From the NCBI GenBank assembly GCA_964512505.1, contig CAZEHH010000001.1:51391-115390 (forward strand): a DNA stretch of 64,000 nt, read 5' to 3'. Shown here in pieces: positions 18,329 through 28,371 of this stretch (within the stretch, counting starts at the first letter, position 1; every line of letters starts with the position of its first letter). The notes under the pieces are model-generated. The model was not told where the DNA came from. It saw only the letters and a program-made list of their open reading frames with translations, and ran no database searches. The stretch comes from an uncultured Peptostreptococcaceae bacterium (GTDB taxonomy: Bacteria; Bacillota; Clostridia; Peptostreptococcales; BM714). The translations under genes were made by a program, and so were the position numbers.

Positions 18329-19690
18329 TCAATCCCTCAATTCCCGCACTCTGCCTTTGAAATCCCGTCCCCTGTATTCGTAGCTTCTATACATGTCCCA
18401 ACTTGCGCATGCCGGGGAAAGCAAAACGCAATCTCCATTTTCTGCAATTTCATACGCTCTCTTTACGGCATCTTCCATGTTTTCAACTTTGCATATTTCA
18501 TGGAAACCTTTTTTTTGAGCGGAGTCGATTATTTTTTCAGCCGTTTCTCCCAAGACTATCATTTCCTTTATTTTTCCATTGAATGCTTCTATGAAATCCG
18601 AAAAATCGCTTCCTTTATCCATTCCTCCGGCTATCAGAACTATCGGTCCCTCGAAGGCTTCGATTGCCTTTATGGCTGCATCGGGATTCGTCCCTTTCGA
18701 ATCATTATAATACTTCACTCCCTTTATTTCGTCGACAAATTCTATTCTGTGCTCCACACCTTCGAAGGCCATAAGGCTATGCCTTATGATTTCAACGTCT
18801 ATGCCGTGGCAATCAGCTATTGCAACCGCTGCAAGGGCATTCTCGATATTGTGTTTACCCGGTATGAATATCTCTTCCGTCCCGCAGACTATCTTCTTCA
18901 ACCCTGAACGGTTTATCGAAATTTTTTCTTTTGATACGCATACTCCCTCTTGAAGTTCCTCTCTTGCCGAAAAATATATTGTTTCCAATCCGTCATTCCT
19001 TATTTCTTCACCTATTTTCCTTGTGGCCGCATTGTCGTAATTAAGAACAATTTGACCGGTTTTCATGTTCCTGAAAATTCTTTTTTTTGCTTCTGCATAT
19101 GCCTCCATGCTGCCGTGCCTGTTCAAATGATCCGGGGTTATGTTTAATATTGCCGCAGTTACAGGTTTGTAGTTTTCTATCGACTCAAGTTGGAAACTGC
19201 TTACTTCTGTTATCAAATAACTGTCTTCGTCGGTGGAATCCGATACGCTAATCGCCGGAATACCGATGTTCCCTATTACCCGGACATCCTTTCCCGCTTT
19301 TTTGAATATTTCGCCGGTCAGTGCAGTTGTTGTAGTCTTTCCGTTTGTGCCCGTTATTGCTATTATCTTGCCGGCAGACACGGCTCCCGACAGTTCCAAT
19401 TCGCCAATCACCTGAATCCCTTTAGCTTCTGCATCTTTAATAAAAGGCAAATCCATCGGGACGCCGGGACTTAACACGACCATTTCATAACCGTCGGCGG
19501 ACTCGGGATTTCCCCCGGTTGAAATTTCGACATCGATTCCGTCAAGCTTTTTTATGGCGTCACCAAGTTTGCTTGCCTCTTTTGAATCGCAAATGGTAAC
19601 TTTCGCCTCATGAAGCGAAAGATATTTTGCCGCCTCCAATCCGGATGCCGCCATTCCCACAACCAATATGTGCTTGTTCTTCAGTTTCAT
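18329..19690 (-). CDS. murD: UDP-N-acetylmuramoylalanine--D-glutamate ligase
   Basis: Motifs VVGMAASG and ITGTNGKTTT. The start is placed at ATG 19690 (MKLKNKHILVVG), which forms an ATGA overlap with the mraY stop. The track start at 19783 lies inside mraY. Confidence 0.92.
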   Translation of the reverse strand: MKLKNKHILVVGMAASGLEAAKYLSLHEAKVTICDSKEASKLGDAIKKLDGIDVEISTGGNPESADGYEMVVLSPGVPMDLPFIKDAEAKGIQVIGELELSGAVSAGKIIAITGTNGKTTTTALTGEIFKKAGKDVRVIGNIGIPAISVSDSTDEDSYLITEVSSFQLESIENYKPVTAAILNITPDHLNRHGSMEAYAEAKKRIFRNMKTGQIVLNYDNAATRKIGEEIRNDGLETIYFSAREELQEGVCVSKEKISINRSGLKKIVCGTEEIFIPGKHNIENALAAVAIADCHGIDVEIIRHSLMAFEGVEHRIEFVDEIKGVKYYNDSKGTNPDAAIKAIEAFEGPIVLIAGGMDKGSDFSDFIEAFNGKIKEMIVLGETAEKIIDSAQKKGFHEICKVENMEDAVKRAYEIAENGDCVLLSPACASWDMYRSYEYRGRDFKGRVRELRD

Positions 19691-20658
19691 ATCATTGCCC
19701 CTTTGCTTAGAATCCATCCCGACATCAATACTGTTAAAATAGTCACGGCTGTAAATACAGCCACCACTTTCGTTTCGGACCATCCTCCAAGTTCAAAATG
19801 GTGATGAATTGGACTCATGCGAAAAACCCTCTTTCTCCTGGTCTTAAAGCTTATCACCTGTATAATGACCGAAAGCGATTCAATAAAATATATAAAACCG
19901 TAAAGCAAAAGCAGCAACTCTATCCTAAGCAGTATTGCTGAAATGCAAACATACGCTCCCAAAGCCAAGGATCCCGTATCTCCCATAAAGACCTTTGCCG
20001 GTTTTTTATTGAAAACCAGGAAACCTTGCAGGGCCGCAATGAAAAAAACCGCCACATGTGTAAATCCATCCATGCCAACAAACTCCGAATAGAAAAAAAA
20101 CAGAATCGAAACGATGATCGTGACACTTGCAGCCAAACCGTCCAAGCCATCCGTCAGATTAACGCTATTGACTGTTGCAATGATGAATACCATCAAAAAT
20201 GGAACCTTAAACCATCCCATGTCTATGGATATCCCCGCCGTATGCACAAGAAGTATATTGTCGGTCAACCCGCTCTTGTAAAGCCAGAACACTACAAAGG
20301 CAGCGGCAAGCGATTGCATGGCAAGCTTTTGATAGGCTCTCAAACCTAGATTCTTCCTTTTAGCAACCTTTAAATAGTCATCTATGAATCCTATCGATGC
20401 AAATAATATAAATCCACAAACAAGTATCTGCAAACCTGCATTTTCCCTATCCCCCAAAACCATATAAGCCAATAGAATGGGAAAAATAAAAATCAGCCCG
20501 CCTATTGTAGGCGTTCCGCTTTTCAACATATGCGAAGACGGTCCCTCTTCCCTTATTGATTGACCTACTTTCAATTTTTCCAAATAAGGTATCATTATTC
20601 TTCCGGTTATTATCGTAAAAAACAGAACTGTAATAAATTGAATATAGATATTATGCAT
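19687..20658 (-). CDS. mraY: Phospho-N-acetylmuramoyl-pentapeptide transferase
   Basis: 323 aa with motifs TPTIGG, NLTDGLDGLA and PIHHHFE. Confidence 0.95.
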   Translation of the reverse strand: MHNIYIQFITVLFFTIITGRIMIPYLEKLKVGQSIREEGPSSHMLKSGTPTIGGLIFIFPILLAYMVLGDRENAGLQILVCGFILFASIGFIDDYLKVAKRKNLGLRAYQKLAMQSLAAAFVVFWLYKSGLTDNILLVHTAGISIDMGWFKVPFLMVFIIATVNSVNLTDGLDGLAASVTIIVSILFFFYSEFVGMDGFTHVAVFFIAALQGFLVFNKKPAKVFMGDTGSLALGAYVCISAILLRIELLLLLYGFIYFIESLSVIIQVISFKTRRKRVFRMSPIHHHFELGGWSETKVVAVFTAVTILTVLMSGWILSKGAMI

Positions 20659-22027
20659 TTTTTAATATCTCCTTGTAGACTTCATCCATTTTTGTACTGT
20701 GGGACCCTTTGAATAGAATCGAATCCCCAGCACTCATCAATTCTGTCAACGCTTTCGACAGACAACCGTTGCTTTCAAAAACCTTTACATCTATCCGTCC
20801 GATGCCATTCAGCTCGGCGCCTCTTTTGTATTCTTCGGCATATGACCCCGTAACCATTAGTATATCGATCCCGCTTTCCGCAGCTTTCTTGCCGATTTCC
20901 AAATGCATCTCTTTTGAATATGCCCCCAGTTCCAGCATATCCCCAAGCACAGCTATCTTTCTTCCAGCCATAGTTGAAAGTGTTTCTATCGCTGCAGACA
21001 TCGATGAAGGGTTGGCGTTGTAGGTGTCATTGACCAATGTCATTTCTCCAATTTCAGTTATGGCTCCGCGGACATCGTCCCCATGGTATTTTTCAATACC
21101 AATGACTGCCGCTTCAGGGTTTACTCCAGCCTTGAGAGCTGCAGCAAAAGCCAACAATGCATTGATTACATTGTGCCCTCCCTGAACATTCAATGAACAC
21201 TGATATTCACATCCTTCATGCACAATAGTAAATCTGCTTCCCTTGCCGCAGCGTTCAATGTCTTTTGCACAGACATCATTGACGTCCGTTTTGCAGTAAC
21301 CTGCAAATATCTTGCTGTAAGCGGTATCCTTCACTTTTAATGATTTAAGGAAACAATCATCTCCATTTACAATCAAAACTCCTGTTTCATCCATTGTTTC
21401 GCATATTTCCATTTTCGCGGAAAATATATTTTCTTTTGAACCAAGCCTTCCTATGTGGGACTCCCCTATGTTTGTTATAACAGCAATATCAGGCTGTGCT
21501 ATGCTTGCCAGCAATCGTATCTCCCCTTTGCTGTTCATTCCCATTTCCAACACTACGATTTCATGTTCTTTTTCCAATTCAAAAAGGGTCAACGGCAATC
21601 CTATGTCATTGTTCAAATTGCCATGATTCTTATGGACATTGTACTTTTCATTCAATGCGCAATAAATCATTTCCTTCGTCGTGGTCTTGCCGGCGCTTCC
21701 GGTAACCCCTACAACCAACGGTTTTACCTGGTCCAAAAAAGCTTTTGCGATTTTTCGCATGGCTTTGTAGCTGTCTCCCACAATTATCAATCCTGCATCC
21801 GCTTCAACATGTTTTTCCGAAACAACAGCCACTGCTCCTTTTTTTATTGCAGCTCCAATGAAATCATGTCCGTCATGATTCGGACCCTTAAGCGCAATGA
21901 ATGCATCACCGGGTTCAACTTTTCTTGAATCGATCACAATACGCTTGATTTCTTTTACGCTGTCATGCGTTTCTTCAATTTCAACGCCGAGAATACCCGC
22001 CAATTGGCTTATGGTAAGGTCTCTCAT
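20651..22027 (-). CDS. murF: UDP-N-acetylmuramoyl-tripeptide--D-alanyl-D-alanine ligase
   Basis: 458 aa with VTGSAGKTTTKE and DTYNANPSSM. Confidence 0.93.
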   Translation of the reverse strand: MRDLTISQLAGILGVEIEETHDSVKEIKRIVIDSRKVEPGDAFIALKGPNHDGHDFIGAAIKKGAVAVVSEKHVEADAGLIIVGDSYKAMRKIAKAFLDQVKPLVVGVTGSAGKTTTKEMIYCALNEKYNVHKNHGNLNNDIGLPLTLFELEKEHEIVVLEMGMNSKGEIRLLASIAQPDIAVITNIGESHIGRLGSKENIFSAKMEICETMDETGVLIVNGDDCFLKSLKVKDTAYSKIFAGYCKTDVNDVCAKDIERCGKGSRFTIVHEGCEYQCSLNVQGGHNVINALLAFAAALKAGVNPEAAVIGIEKYHGDDVRGAITEIGEMTLVNDTYNANPSSMSAAIETLSTMAGRKIAVLGDMLELGAYSKEMHLEIGKKAAESGIDILMVTGSYAEEYKRGAELNGIGRIDVKVFESNGCLSKALTELMSAGDSILFKGSHSTKMDEVYKEILKNA

Positions 22028-23493
22028 ATAATCGCCTCCAATATGCTGCGGGCAACCTGAAAATCATCATGTTCAAAACTTTCATCCCCAATTATTTGAA
22101 GCTTTTCATGTCCTTTGCCGGCAATGAGAACAACATCGCCTGCTTCAGCCGACATTATCGCTTTTCTTATAGCCTCTTTCCTATCCCTTATGACTTCGTG
22201 CCGGCCTTTTGTCATTCCATTCTCGATTTGCATAATTATATTGTTTGCATCTTCACGCCTCGGATTGTCATCTGTCAGAATGACATGCTCGGCACCCGAT
22301 GATGCGATTTCACCCATCATTGGGCGTTTAAAAGGATCCCTCTCTCCTCCGCAACCGAAAACTGTAATCAGCCTGCCGATTTTATATTCATTTATCGCTT
22401 CTATCACATTTGACAATGCATCTGGTGTATGGGCATAGTCAATTATTATTTCAATCCCCAATTTTTCAGAACCCGGCACCTTTTGAAAGCGGCCTTTTGC
22501 GCCCTTTAAATCCAATAAAACAAATTGAATTTTTTTTAAATCGATACCCAATTCTTTCAGTACCGCATAAGCCGCCATTTTGTTGTAGGTTTCAAACCTG
22601 CTTGAGGACTCAATTTCAATTTCGCCACATGAGGACTTTATTGTCGTTATGCCATACGCTTCATTTCTTTTCGAAATTATGTCCGCTTTGTTTTGCATTC
22701 CATAAGTCAGAACGCGCTTGCCCTCTTTTTTCAAAGCGTTCATATATTCATTCCCATAATTGTCATCAATGTTTACAATCGAAGCCTTGATTGCCTTTTT
22801 CATAAGCATGTACTTGGCATCCGCATAATTTTCCATTGTTTTATGGAAATCAAGATGGTCTTGTGTAAGATTTGTAAAAACAGATATGTCGAAATCAATA
22901 TCCTGTACCCGTAAAAGAGTTAGTGCATGTGAAGAAACTTCCATCACGACATATTCGATTCCTTTATCCAGCATGGTCTTGAATATCTTCTGCAGTTCAA
23001 GGGATTCCGGAGTCGTTCTGCTTGACGGCCAAATTTCATCATTCATACTTATCTCAATCGTTCCAATCATGCCTGTTGAAAATCCCAATTTTCTGAGGGC
23101 GTTGAATATATAATTCGTGACCGAAGTCTTGCCGTTGGTGCCTGTAACGCCCACAACCGTTATTTTTTTTGAAGGACTGCCGAAAAATCGGTCGGACAAG
23201 GTTGAAAGCATGCTTCTTGTATCATCAACAAGCAAAACCGCAGCATCAGGATATTCGGTTGCGATTTTGCTTGTCCAAGACAACTCTTCCACAACAAAAA
23301 CCCTTGATCCATTTTTGTAGGCTTGATGAATATAGTCGTGTCCGTCAGTTTCAAAACCCTTTATGCAAACAAAACAGTCACCGGGTGCTGCAGTTCTCGA
23401 GTCGCAAGAGATATTTTTAACAATCGAATTCAAACCCTTGCCTCCGAAACAAGAAACATAGTCATTCTTTTTAATCAATTCTCCTAGCCTCAT
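22024..23493 (-). CDS. murE: UDP-N-acetylmuramoyl-L-alanyl-D-glutamate--2,6-diaminopimelate ligase
   Basis: 489 aa with VTGTNGKTS. The DDNPRRED (DNPR) motif is the meso-DAP-type specificity signature, consistent with dapF in this window. Confidence 0.92.
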   Translation of the reverse strand: MRLGELIKKNDYVSCFGGKGLNSIVKNISCDSRTAAPGDCFVCIKGFETDGHDYIHQAYKNGSRVFVVEELSWTSKIATEYPDAAVLLVDDTRSMLSTLSDRFFGSPSKKITVVGVTGTNGKTSVTNYIFNALRKLGFSTGMIGTIEISMNDEIWPSSRTTPESLELQKIFKTMLDKGIEYVVMEVSSHALTLLRVQDIDFDISVFTNLTQDHLDFHKTMENYADAKYMLMKKAIKASIVNIDDNYGNEYMNALKKEGKRVLTYGMQNKADIISKRNEAYGITTIKSSCGEIEIESSSRFETYNKMAAYAVLKELGIDLKKIQFVLLDLKGAKGRFQKVPGSEKLGIEIIIDYAHTPDALSNVIEAINEYKIGRLITVFGCGGERDPFKRPMMGEIASSGAEHVILTDDNPRREDANNIIMQIENGMTKGRHEVIRDRKEAIRKAIMSAEAGDVVLIAGKGHEKLQIIGDESFEHDDFQVARSILEAII

Positions 23494-23527
23494 TCTTATT
23501 CACCTTCATTCGGTTCATAATTAAAGA

Positions 23528-23580
23528 AGGCAATTTCGCCATTCAAATTGCCATCTCTAATATTATAACATATTCACATG
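23528..23580 (-). promoter_or_regulatory. Extended -10 element (TGTTATAAT) plus downstream hairpin in the pbp-murE spacer
   Basis: Minus strand: TGTTATAAT at 23580-23572, then the hairpin GGCAAUUU-GAAUGGCG-AAAUUGCC (23551-23528) followed by UUCUUUAAUUAU, then RBS AAGGTGA and the murE ATG. Confidence 0.4.
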
Positions 23581-23584
23581 TTCC

Positions 23585-25555
23585 TCACTCCACATATATG
23601 ATAACGCTATATCCCTCCATTGCTTCAAATCCCGCATACGGATATTGTTCCAAAACCTTGTGTGTATCGTCAAGGTTTTCGATTTCAGGAACTATCTCGC
23701 ATCTCAAACCAATTGAATCAAGTTTTGCCAATGCGTCTTGCGCATCCATTCCGTTCAAATCCGGAACGACAACAGAATCATTATTCATTATTTGAAGTTC
23801 TGTTTCTGTGAATTCCGGCTCTACCGCCATGCGTATCAAACTTTTTTCCATTATTTCCTTCGCCAAAGGCGCCGCTGTCAAACTCCCGAAATGGCTTTCT
23901 TCAGGTTCGTCAATAACTATCAGTATCGCCAGTTTGGGATCATCTACAGGTGCCACTGCGATAAAGGAAGCTATTACGCTGTCTTCATCATAGGCGCCGT
24001 CGACAAGTTTTTCGGCTGTGCCGGTTTTACCGCCAACTCTATATCCCGGTATGTAGGCTTCTTTCCCCGATCCGTTGAAAACAACACTTTCCATCATCAG
24101 CCTCACTTCCATGGAAGTGCTTTGCGAAACCACCTGCCTCTTGAAGACTGGATCAAATGTCTCTACAATATTTCCATCGTTGTCAGCCAATCCGGAAATC
24201 AATCTCGGTTCCATAAGTCTTCCATCATTTGCCAGTGCTGAAACCGCTGTCAACAACTGAATCGGTGTTATTGACAAACCATGGCCGAATGACATCGTTG
24301 CAAGTTCTACCGGACCGGCCTTCCCGATTGGGATTGTCAATCCTCCCGACTCTCCCGGCAACTCTATTCCCGTCTTGCCCCCGAATCCAAAAGCCTCAAG
24401 ATACTTGTAGAATTTTTCCTTCCCCAACTTCTGCGAAAGCTCTACAAATACGGGATTGCATGAGTTCTCAAGCGCTTGGGTAAGTGTCTGCTCTCCATGC
24501 GGTCTGTAATATCGCCAACACCTTATATTTTGACCCGCTACATTTATCGATCCCGTTGCATAGAAAAGAGTATCGGGCCTGGCCACATTTTCTTCCAGAG
24601 ACATTGCCGCTGTAATCAATTTGAACGTTGAGCCAGGTTCGTATGTGTCGCTCACAATTGGATTTCGCCATAATTTATTCCAATAAGCCTGTTTTTCAAC
24701 GTCTTCCAAGCCTTGATATTCTATCAATTGGCTTTCATCAACCGGAATTCTCGGAGAATTCGGATTGTAATCCGGATATGCAGCCATTGACAGGATGTCT
24801 CCAGTTCGCGGATCCATCATTATTGCCATTATTCTTTTAGCCTTCAAGTCTCTCAGGCCATTTTCAATTGCTTGCTCGGTATAATACTGCATTACCTCGT
24901 CGATTGTCAGTATTACATTCAATCCATCTTGCGCGCCATAATATTTGTCTGTTCCAAAAGGGAGTTGCCGTCCGAATACGTCCGTATTTCTTATCCATCG
25001 GCCGCTCAAACCGGTCAGGTATCGGTTGAGTTCCAATTCCACCCCCGCCAAACCTCTGTTGTCGTCCGTAGTATGTCCAATTACAAAAGCCCCCAAATCA
25101 TCCAGGGGGTAGTACCTCTTTTCGACTTCTGTATGCCAGATGCCTTCGAGATTCAACGAACTTATTTCTTCAACTTTTTCCTTGTCTACCCACTTACCGA
25201 TACTTATAAGACCTGCTCCTGAACTTATTTTATCGTGCATTGCTTGCGGATCAGATTCCAAAATATCCGAAATCAATTTGGATGAAGTCTCCGGGCTTGT
25301 TATCCGATTGGTGTCCGCCCAAATATTGTACAAGGTCATGTTTACTGCCAATTTTTTAAGGTTTCTGTCAAGTATTTCTCCACGCTGGGCAGGTATTGGT
25401 ATGTCCTTCGTCTGTTGGACTACTGCCATATCGCTATATTTTTCACCATCAATTATCTGTATTTTTACCAATCTTGCTGAAAGAAATGCAAAAGCAACTA
25501 TTACAATTGCAAGAGTAAGATTCAACCTTTTCTTTGGTGTTCTAAACAGGGACAT
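23585..25555 (-). CDS. Class B penicillin-binding protein / FtsI-type transpeptidase with C-terminal PASTA domain
   Basis: 656 aa. TM anchor, the STFK, SCN and KTGT active-site motifs, and one PASTA-like repeat at the C-terminus. Confidence 0.92.
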   Translation of the reverse strand: MSLFRTPKKRLNLTLAIVIVAFAFLSARLVKIQIIDGEKYSDMAVVQQTKDIPIPAQRGEILDRNLKKLAVNMTLYNIWADTNRITSPETSSKLISDILESDPQAMHDKISSGAGLISIGKWVDKEKVEEISSLNLEGIWHTEVEKRYYPLDDLGAFVIGHTTDDNRGLAGVELELNRYLTGLSGRWIRNTDVFGRQLPFGTDKYYGAQDGLNVILTIDEVMQYYTEQAIENGLRDLKAKRIMAIMMDPRTGDILSMAAYPDYNPNSPRIPVDESQLIEYQGLEDVEKQAYWNKLWRNPIVSDTYEPGSTFKLITAAMSLEENVARPDTLFYATGSINVAGQNIRCWRYYRPHGEQTLTQALENSCNPVFVELSQKLGKEKFYKYLEAFGFGGKTGIELPGESGGLTIPIGKAGPVELATMSFGHGLSITPIQLLTAVSALANDGRLMEPRLISGLADNDGNIVETFDPVFKRQVVSQSTSMEVRLMMESVVFNGSGKEAYIPGYRVGGKTGTAEKLVDGAYDEDSVIASFIAVAPVDDPKLAILIVIDEPEESHFGSLTAAPLAKEIMEKSLIRMAVEPEFTETELQIMNNDSVVVPDLNGMDAQDALAKLDSIGLRCEIVPEIENLDDTHKVLEQYPYAGFEAMEGYSVIIYVE

Positions 25556-25572
25556 GCAATGCCTCCTTCAAA

Positions 25573-26049
25573 TCAATCCCCCATAAATTTCAAGCTTAAA
25601 ATGGAAGAGTAAATGTTTCCTATAAATCCTCTTTTCGCCGGCTCAACAGATTGCGAAGCAATTGAAACACGCGTTATTCCGTTTTCTTCTCCATTTTCAC
25701 CCAGGTAAACTATCTGCTGTCTTTGTGGGACTTGCATTCCCAATTCGTGTACAGCCTTGTCTTCAATTATACTGGTTTTATTCATCGCTTCCAACTCAAT
25801 TTTGTTTTTTTCTATTTCAATCTGCAAATCATTCATGGCTTGCTTGTGTTCATATACTTGGTATTTTATTTCACTTATTGCGGCATAGCCAAAAAGTATG
25901 CTTATGAATAATAGGCCGGTCAAAACAATCGCCATGAACAGTTTTGTGGCATAAAAAGTCTTCTTTTTTTTGTTTCCCCTTCTTTGTACAGGAATGCTTG
26001 TTTCATTGAAGTCGTATTCCATGTATTTCTTATATGCTACTGATGTCAT
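25573..26049 (-). CDS. ftsL: FtsL-like septum formation protein
   Basis: 158 aa. Basic N-terminus, a single TM segment, and a coiled coil (MNDLQIEIEKNKIELEAMNK). Sits in the conserved position between rsmH and pbp. Confidence 0.7.
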   Translation of the reverse strand: MTSVAYKKYMEYDFNETSIPVQRRGNKKKKTFYATKLFMAIVLTGLLFISILFGYAAISEIKYQVYEHKQAMNDLQIEIEKNKIELEAMNKTSIIEDKAVHELGMQVPQRQQIVYLGENGEENGITRVSIASQSVEPAKRGFIGNIYSSILSLKFMGD

Positions 26050-26072
26050 AAAAGGTCGCTCCTTCCTTCCAT

Positions 26073-27008
26073 CTATACTCTTTCAGCGATTCTAAGCTTT
26101 GCGCTCCTGGCTCTCGGATTTTTTTCTATCTCTATTTCAGATGGCACTATCGGTTTCCTCGTTATTATTTTTATTTCCCTTTTCTTGTCGCATTTGCATA
26201 CAGGCAATTCAGGCGGGCATATGCAATCTTTTTGCATATATTTAAAAGTGTTTTTTACGATCCTGTCTTCCAATGAATGGAATGTTATTATGCAAATCCT
26301 GCCTTTTTTATCCATGCACGAAATTGCATCTTTTATTGTTCTTTCAATAATTCCCAACTCATTGTTTACTTCAATCCTTATTGCTTGGAAAGTCCTCTTC
26401 GCCGGATGGGGCCCATCCCTTCTGGCCTTTGACGGAATGGCCTTCTTAATTGTTTCAACTAATTCTCCAGTCGTTTCAATCGGCTTGATTTTTCTTTCGT
26501 TTTCAATGAATTCGACAATCCTGGCAGCCCAGTTTTCTTCGCCGTATTCCTGTATCACTCTTTTAAGCTTTTCCTTCTCATATGTATTGACTACTTCATA
26601 TGCCGTCAGACTTTTGGAAGCATCCATTCTCATGTCAAGCGGTGCATCCTGCATGTATGAAAAACCTCTGTCCTTGTTGTCCAATTGATATGAAGAAACT
26701 CCCAAATCAAGCAACAATCCATTTATTTTTTCTATTCCATTTCTTACAAGAATATTTTTCAGATCATAAAAATTGTCGTGGACAAATTTTATGTTTTCTT
26801 TATGTTCAGCCAAGCGCACTTTCGCATGCTCCAAAGCTTCTTTGTCCTGATCTATGCATATCAATCTTCCCTTGTCGTCAAGCCTCTTTGCGATTTCGAT
26901 TGAATGGCCGCCGCCGCCGGTCGTCCCGTCGACATAAATACCGCCGCCCTCTATTTTCAAACCATCAATCGTTTCTTTTAATAGTACCGATTCGTGTGAG
27001 AACTCCAT
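26073..27008 (-). CDS. rsmH: 16S rRNA (cytosine1402-N4)-methyltransferase
   Basis: 311 aa. [23 protein letters not shown] and [11 protein letters not shown]. Confidence 0.95.
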   Translation of the reverse strand: MEFSHESVLLKETIDGLKIEGGGIYVDGTTGGGGHSIEIAKRLDDKGRLICIDQDKEALEHAKVRLAEHKENIKFVHDNFYDLKNILVRNGIEKINGLLLDLGVSSYQLDNKDRGFSYMQDAPLDMRMDASKSLTAYEVVNTYEKEKLKRVIQEYGEENWAARIVEFIENERKIKPIETTGELVETIKKAIPSKARRDGPHPAKRTFQAIRIEVNNELGIIERTIKDAISCMDKKGRICIITFHSLEDRIVKNTFKYMQKDCICPPELPVCKCDKKREIKIITRKPIVPSEIEIEKNPRARSAKLRIAERV

Positions 27009-27022
27009 TATTGTTGCCCCCT

Positions 27023-27454
27023 TTAAATTCCCAACAAGGCCATTTTTTCAGCGATGTCGTCATAATCCACATTCTCGGCGGCATTGTATGCATCCCATTG
27101 TTCCTTGTCCCAAACTTCTATTCTTGTTGAAACCCCTATGATTACAACATCTTTTTCCAAATCTCCGTATTGTCTCAATACCGGAGGTATAATTATTCTT
27201 CCCTGTTTGTCGAGTTGGCATTCCGCCGCTCCCGCAAAAAACATTCTGGTGAAAATCCTGGCATCTTTGCTCGCCAATGGAAGTTCTTTAAGTTTTTCCT
27301 CGAAGTTGGAGAATTCATTTTTGGGGAAAATGAACAGGCATGAATCCAGTCCCTTTGTTATATAGAAAATTTCTCCAAGGGATTCCCTGAATTTAGACGG
27401 GATGTTTACTCTGCCTTTTTTATCCATCGTATGTTGAAATTCCCCAATAAACAT
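27023..27454 (-). CDS. mraZ: Division/cell-wall cluster transcriptional regulator MraZ
   Basis: 143 aa. [24 protein letters not shown] and a second DKQGRIIIP repeat. Confidence 0.95.
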   Translation of the reverse strand: MFIGEFQHTMDKKGRVNIPSKFRESLGEIFYITKGLDSCLFIFPKNEFSNFEEKLKELPLASKDARIFTRMFFAGAAECQLDKQGRIIIPPVLRQYGDLEKDVVIIGVSTRIEVWDKEQWDAYNAAENVDYDDIAEKMALLGI

Positions 27455-27458
27455 GTTT

Positions 27459-27500
27459 TCACCCCATTTTATGGGATTTTACCCCACTTCTATCCACTTT
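27459..27500 (-). promoter_or_regulatory. Candidate MraZ operator: GTGG-core direct repeats at 10-bp phasing immediately upstream of mraZ
   Basis: The minus strand reads AAAGTGGATAGAAGTGGGGTAAAATCCCATAAAATGGGGTGAAAAC-ATG. (G/A)TGG cores sit at relative positions 4, 14 and 34. The position-24 slot is occupied by an inverted copy, ATCCCAT. Confidence 0.4.
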
Positions 27501-27571
27501 AAACCATATCTATTAATTCTATGTGCAAAATAGTATCCCTTCTTTTTTTTAAAAAAACTTTTATTTTTTTA

Positions 27572-27602
27572 TAAAAAAAAAGACTCCTATAAATAGAAGT
27601 CT
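27572..27602 (-). terminator. Intrinsic terminator downstream of lgt
   Basis: Minus-strand AGACUUCU-AUUUAU-AGGAGUCU followed by U9. There is one G.U pair on the minus strand only. Confidence 0.65.
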
Positions 27603-27640
27603 CCGTTTTCCTGTCATATGCATTCAATTATTAAAAAATA

Positions 27641-28369
27641 TCATCTTTTTTCTCTTCCTTTAATTAAATAAAAACCGGCTCCGGCGCAAATCATGGCCAG
27701 GCTCACAAGTTGTGCCACACGAAAATTGCCAAGCATCAAACTGTCCGTTCTGAGCCCTTCTATGAAAAATCTTCCGAGTGAATAAAACATCATATACAAA
27801 GCAAACAATTGACCGTCAAATTTTTTCTTTTTTCTTATTGCCATCAGGAATATGAAAATCATCAAGTTCCACAAAGATTCATACAGGAATGTTGGATGAA
27901 CGCCAACTCCATTGATGGTAATTGCCCAGGGCAAATTCGTCGGGCCTCCGTAAGCCTCTTTGTTTATGAAATTGCCCCATCTTCCTATCGCCTGTCCGAG
28001 AATAAGACCCGGAGCGCACAGGTCCGCCAATTTCCAGAATTTTATTTTTTTGAATCTCGAATATACAATGGCTGTTATGGCTCCCCCGATAACGGCTCCG
28101 TGTATTGCCAGACCGCCTTGTCTTATGTTTAACATTTTCAATATGTCTCCGTCGTAATATGAAAGATTGAACAAGACATAGTACGCCCTGGCACACAAAA
28201 CGGCAATAGGCACAGCAAAAATTATAAAGTCCAAAATGATGTTTTCATCAATTCCCAGCCTTGCGGACTCCCTCATGGCAATAAAAACACCAAGCACCAA
28301 TCCTATGCTTATCAGTATTCCATACCATCTGATTCCAATCCCAAAGACTTCAAATGCTATTGGGTTCAT
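27641..28369 (-). CDS. lgt: Prolipoprotein diacylglyceryl transferase
   Basis: Polytopic, with motifs GIRWYGI, GGLAIHGAVIGG and GRWGNFINKEAYG. The start is placed at ATG 28369, behind GGGGAGG. The track start at 28375 is a TTG overlapping the preceding stop. Confidence 0.9.
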   Translation of the reverse strand: MNPIAFEVFGIGIRWYGILISIGLVLGVFIAMRESARLGIDENIILDFIIFAVPIAVLCARAYYVLFNLSYYDGDILKMLNIRQGGLAIHGAVIGGAITAIVYSRFKKIKFWKLADLCAPGLILGQAIGRWGNFINKEAYGGPTNLPWAITINGVGVHPTFLYESLWNLMIFIFLMAIRKKKKFDGQLFALYMMFYSLGRFFIEGLRTDSLMLGNFRVAQLVSLAMICAGAGFYLIKGREKR

Positions 28370-28371
28370 GA

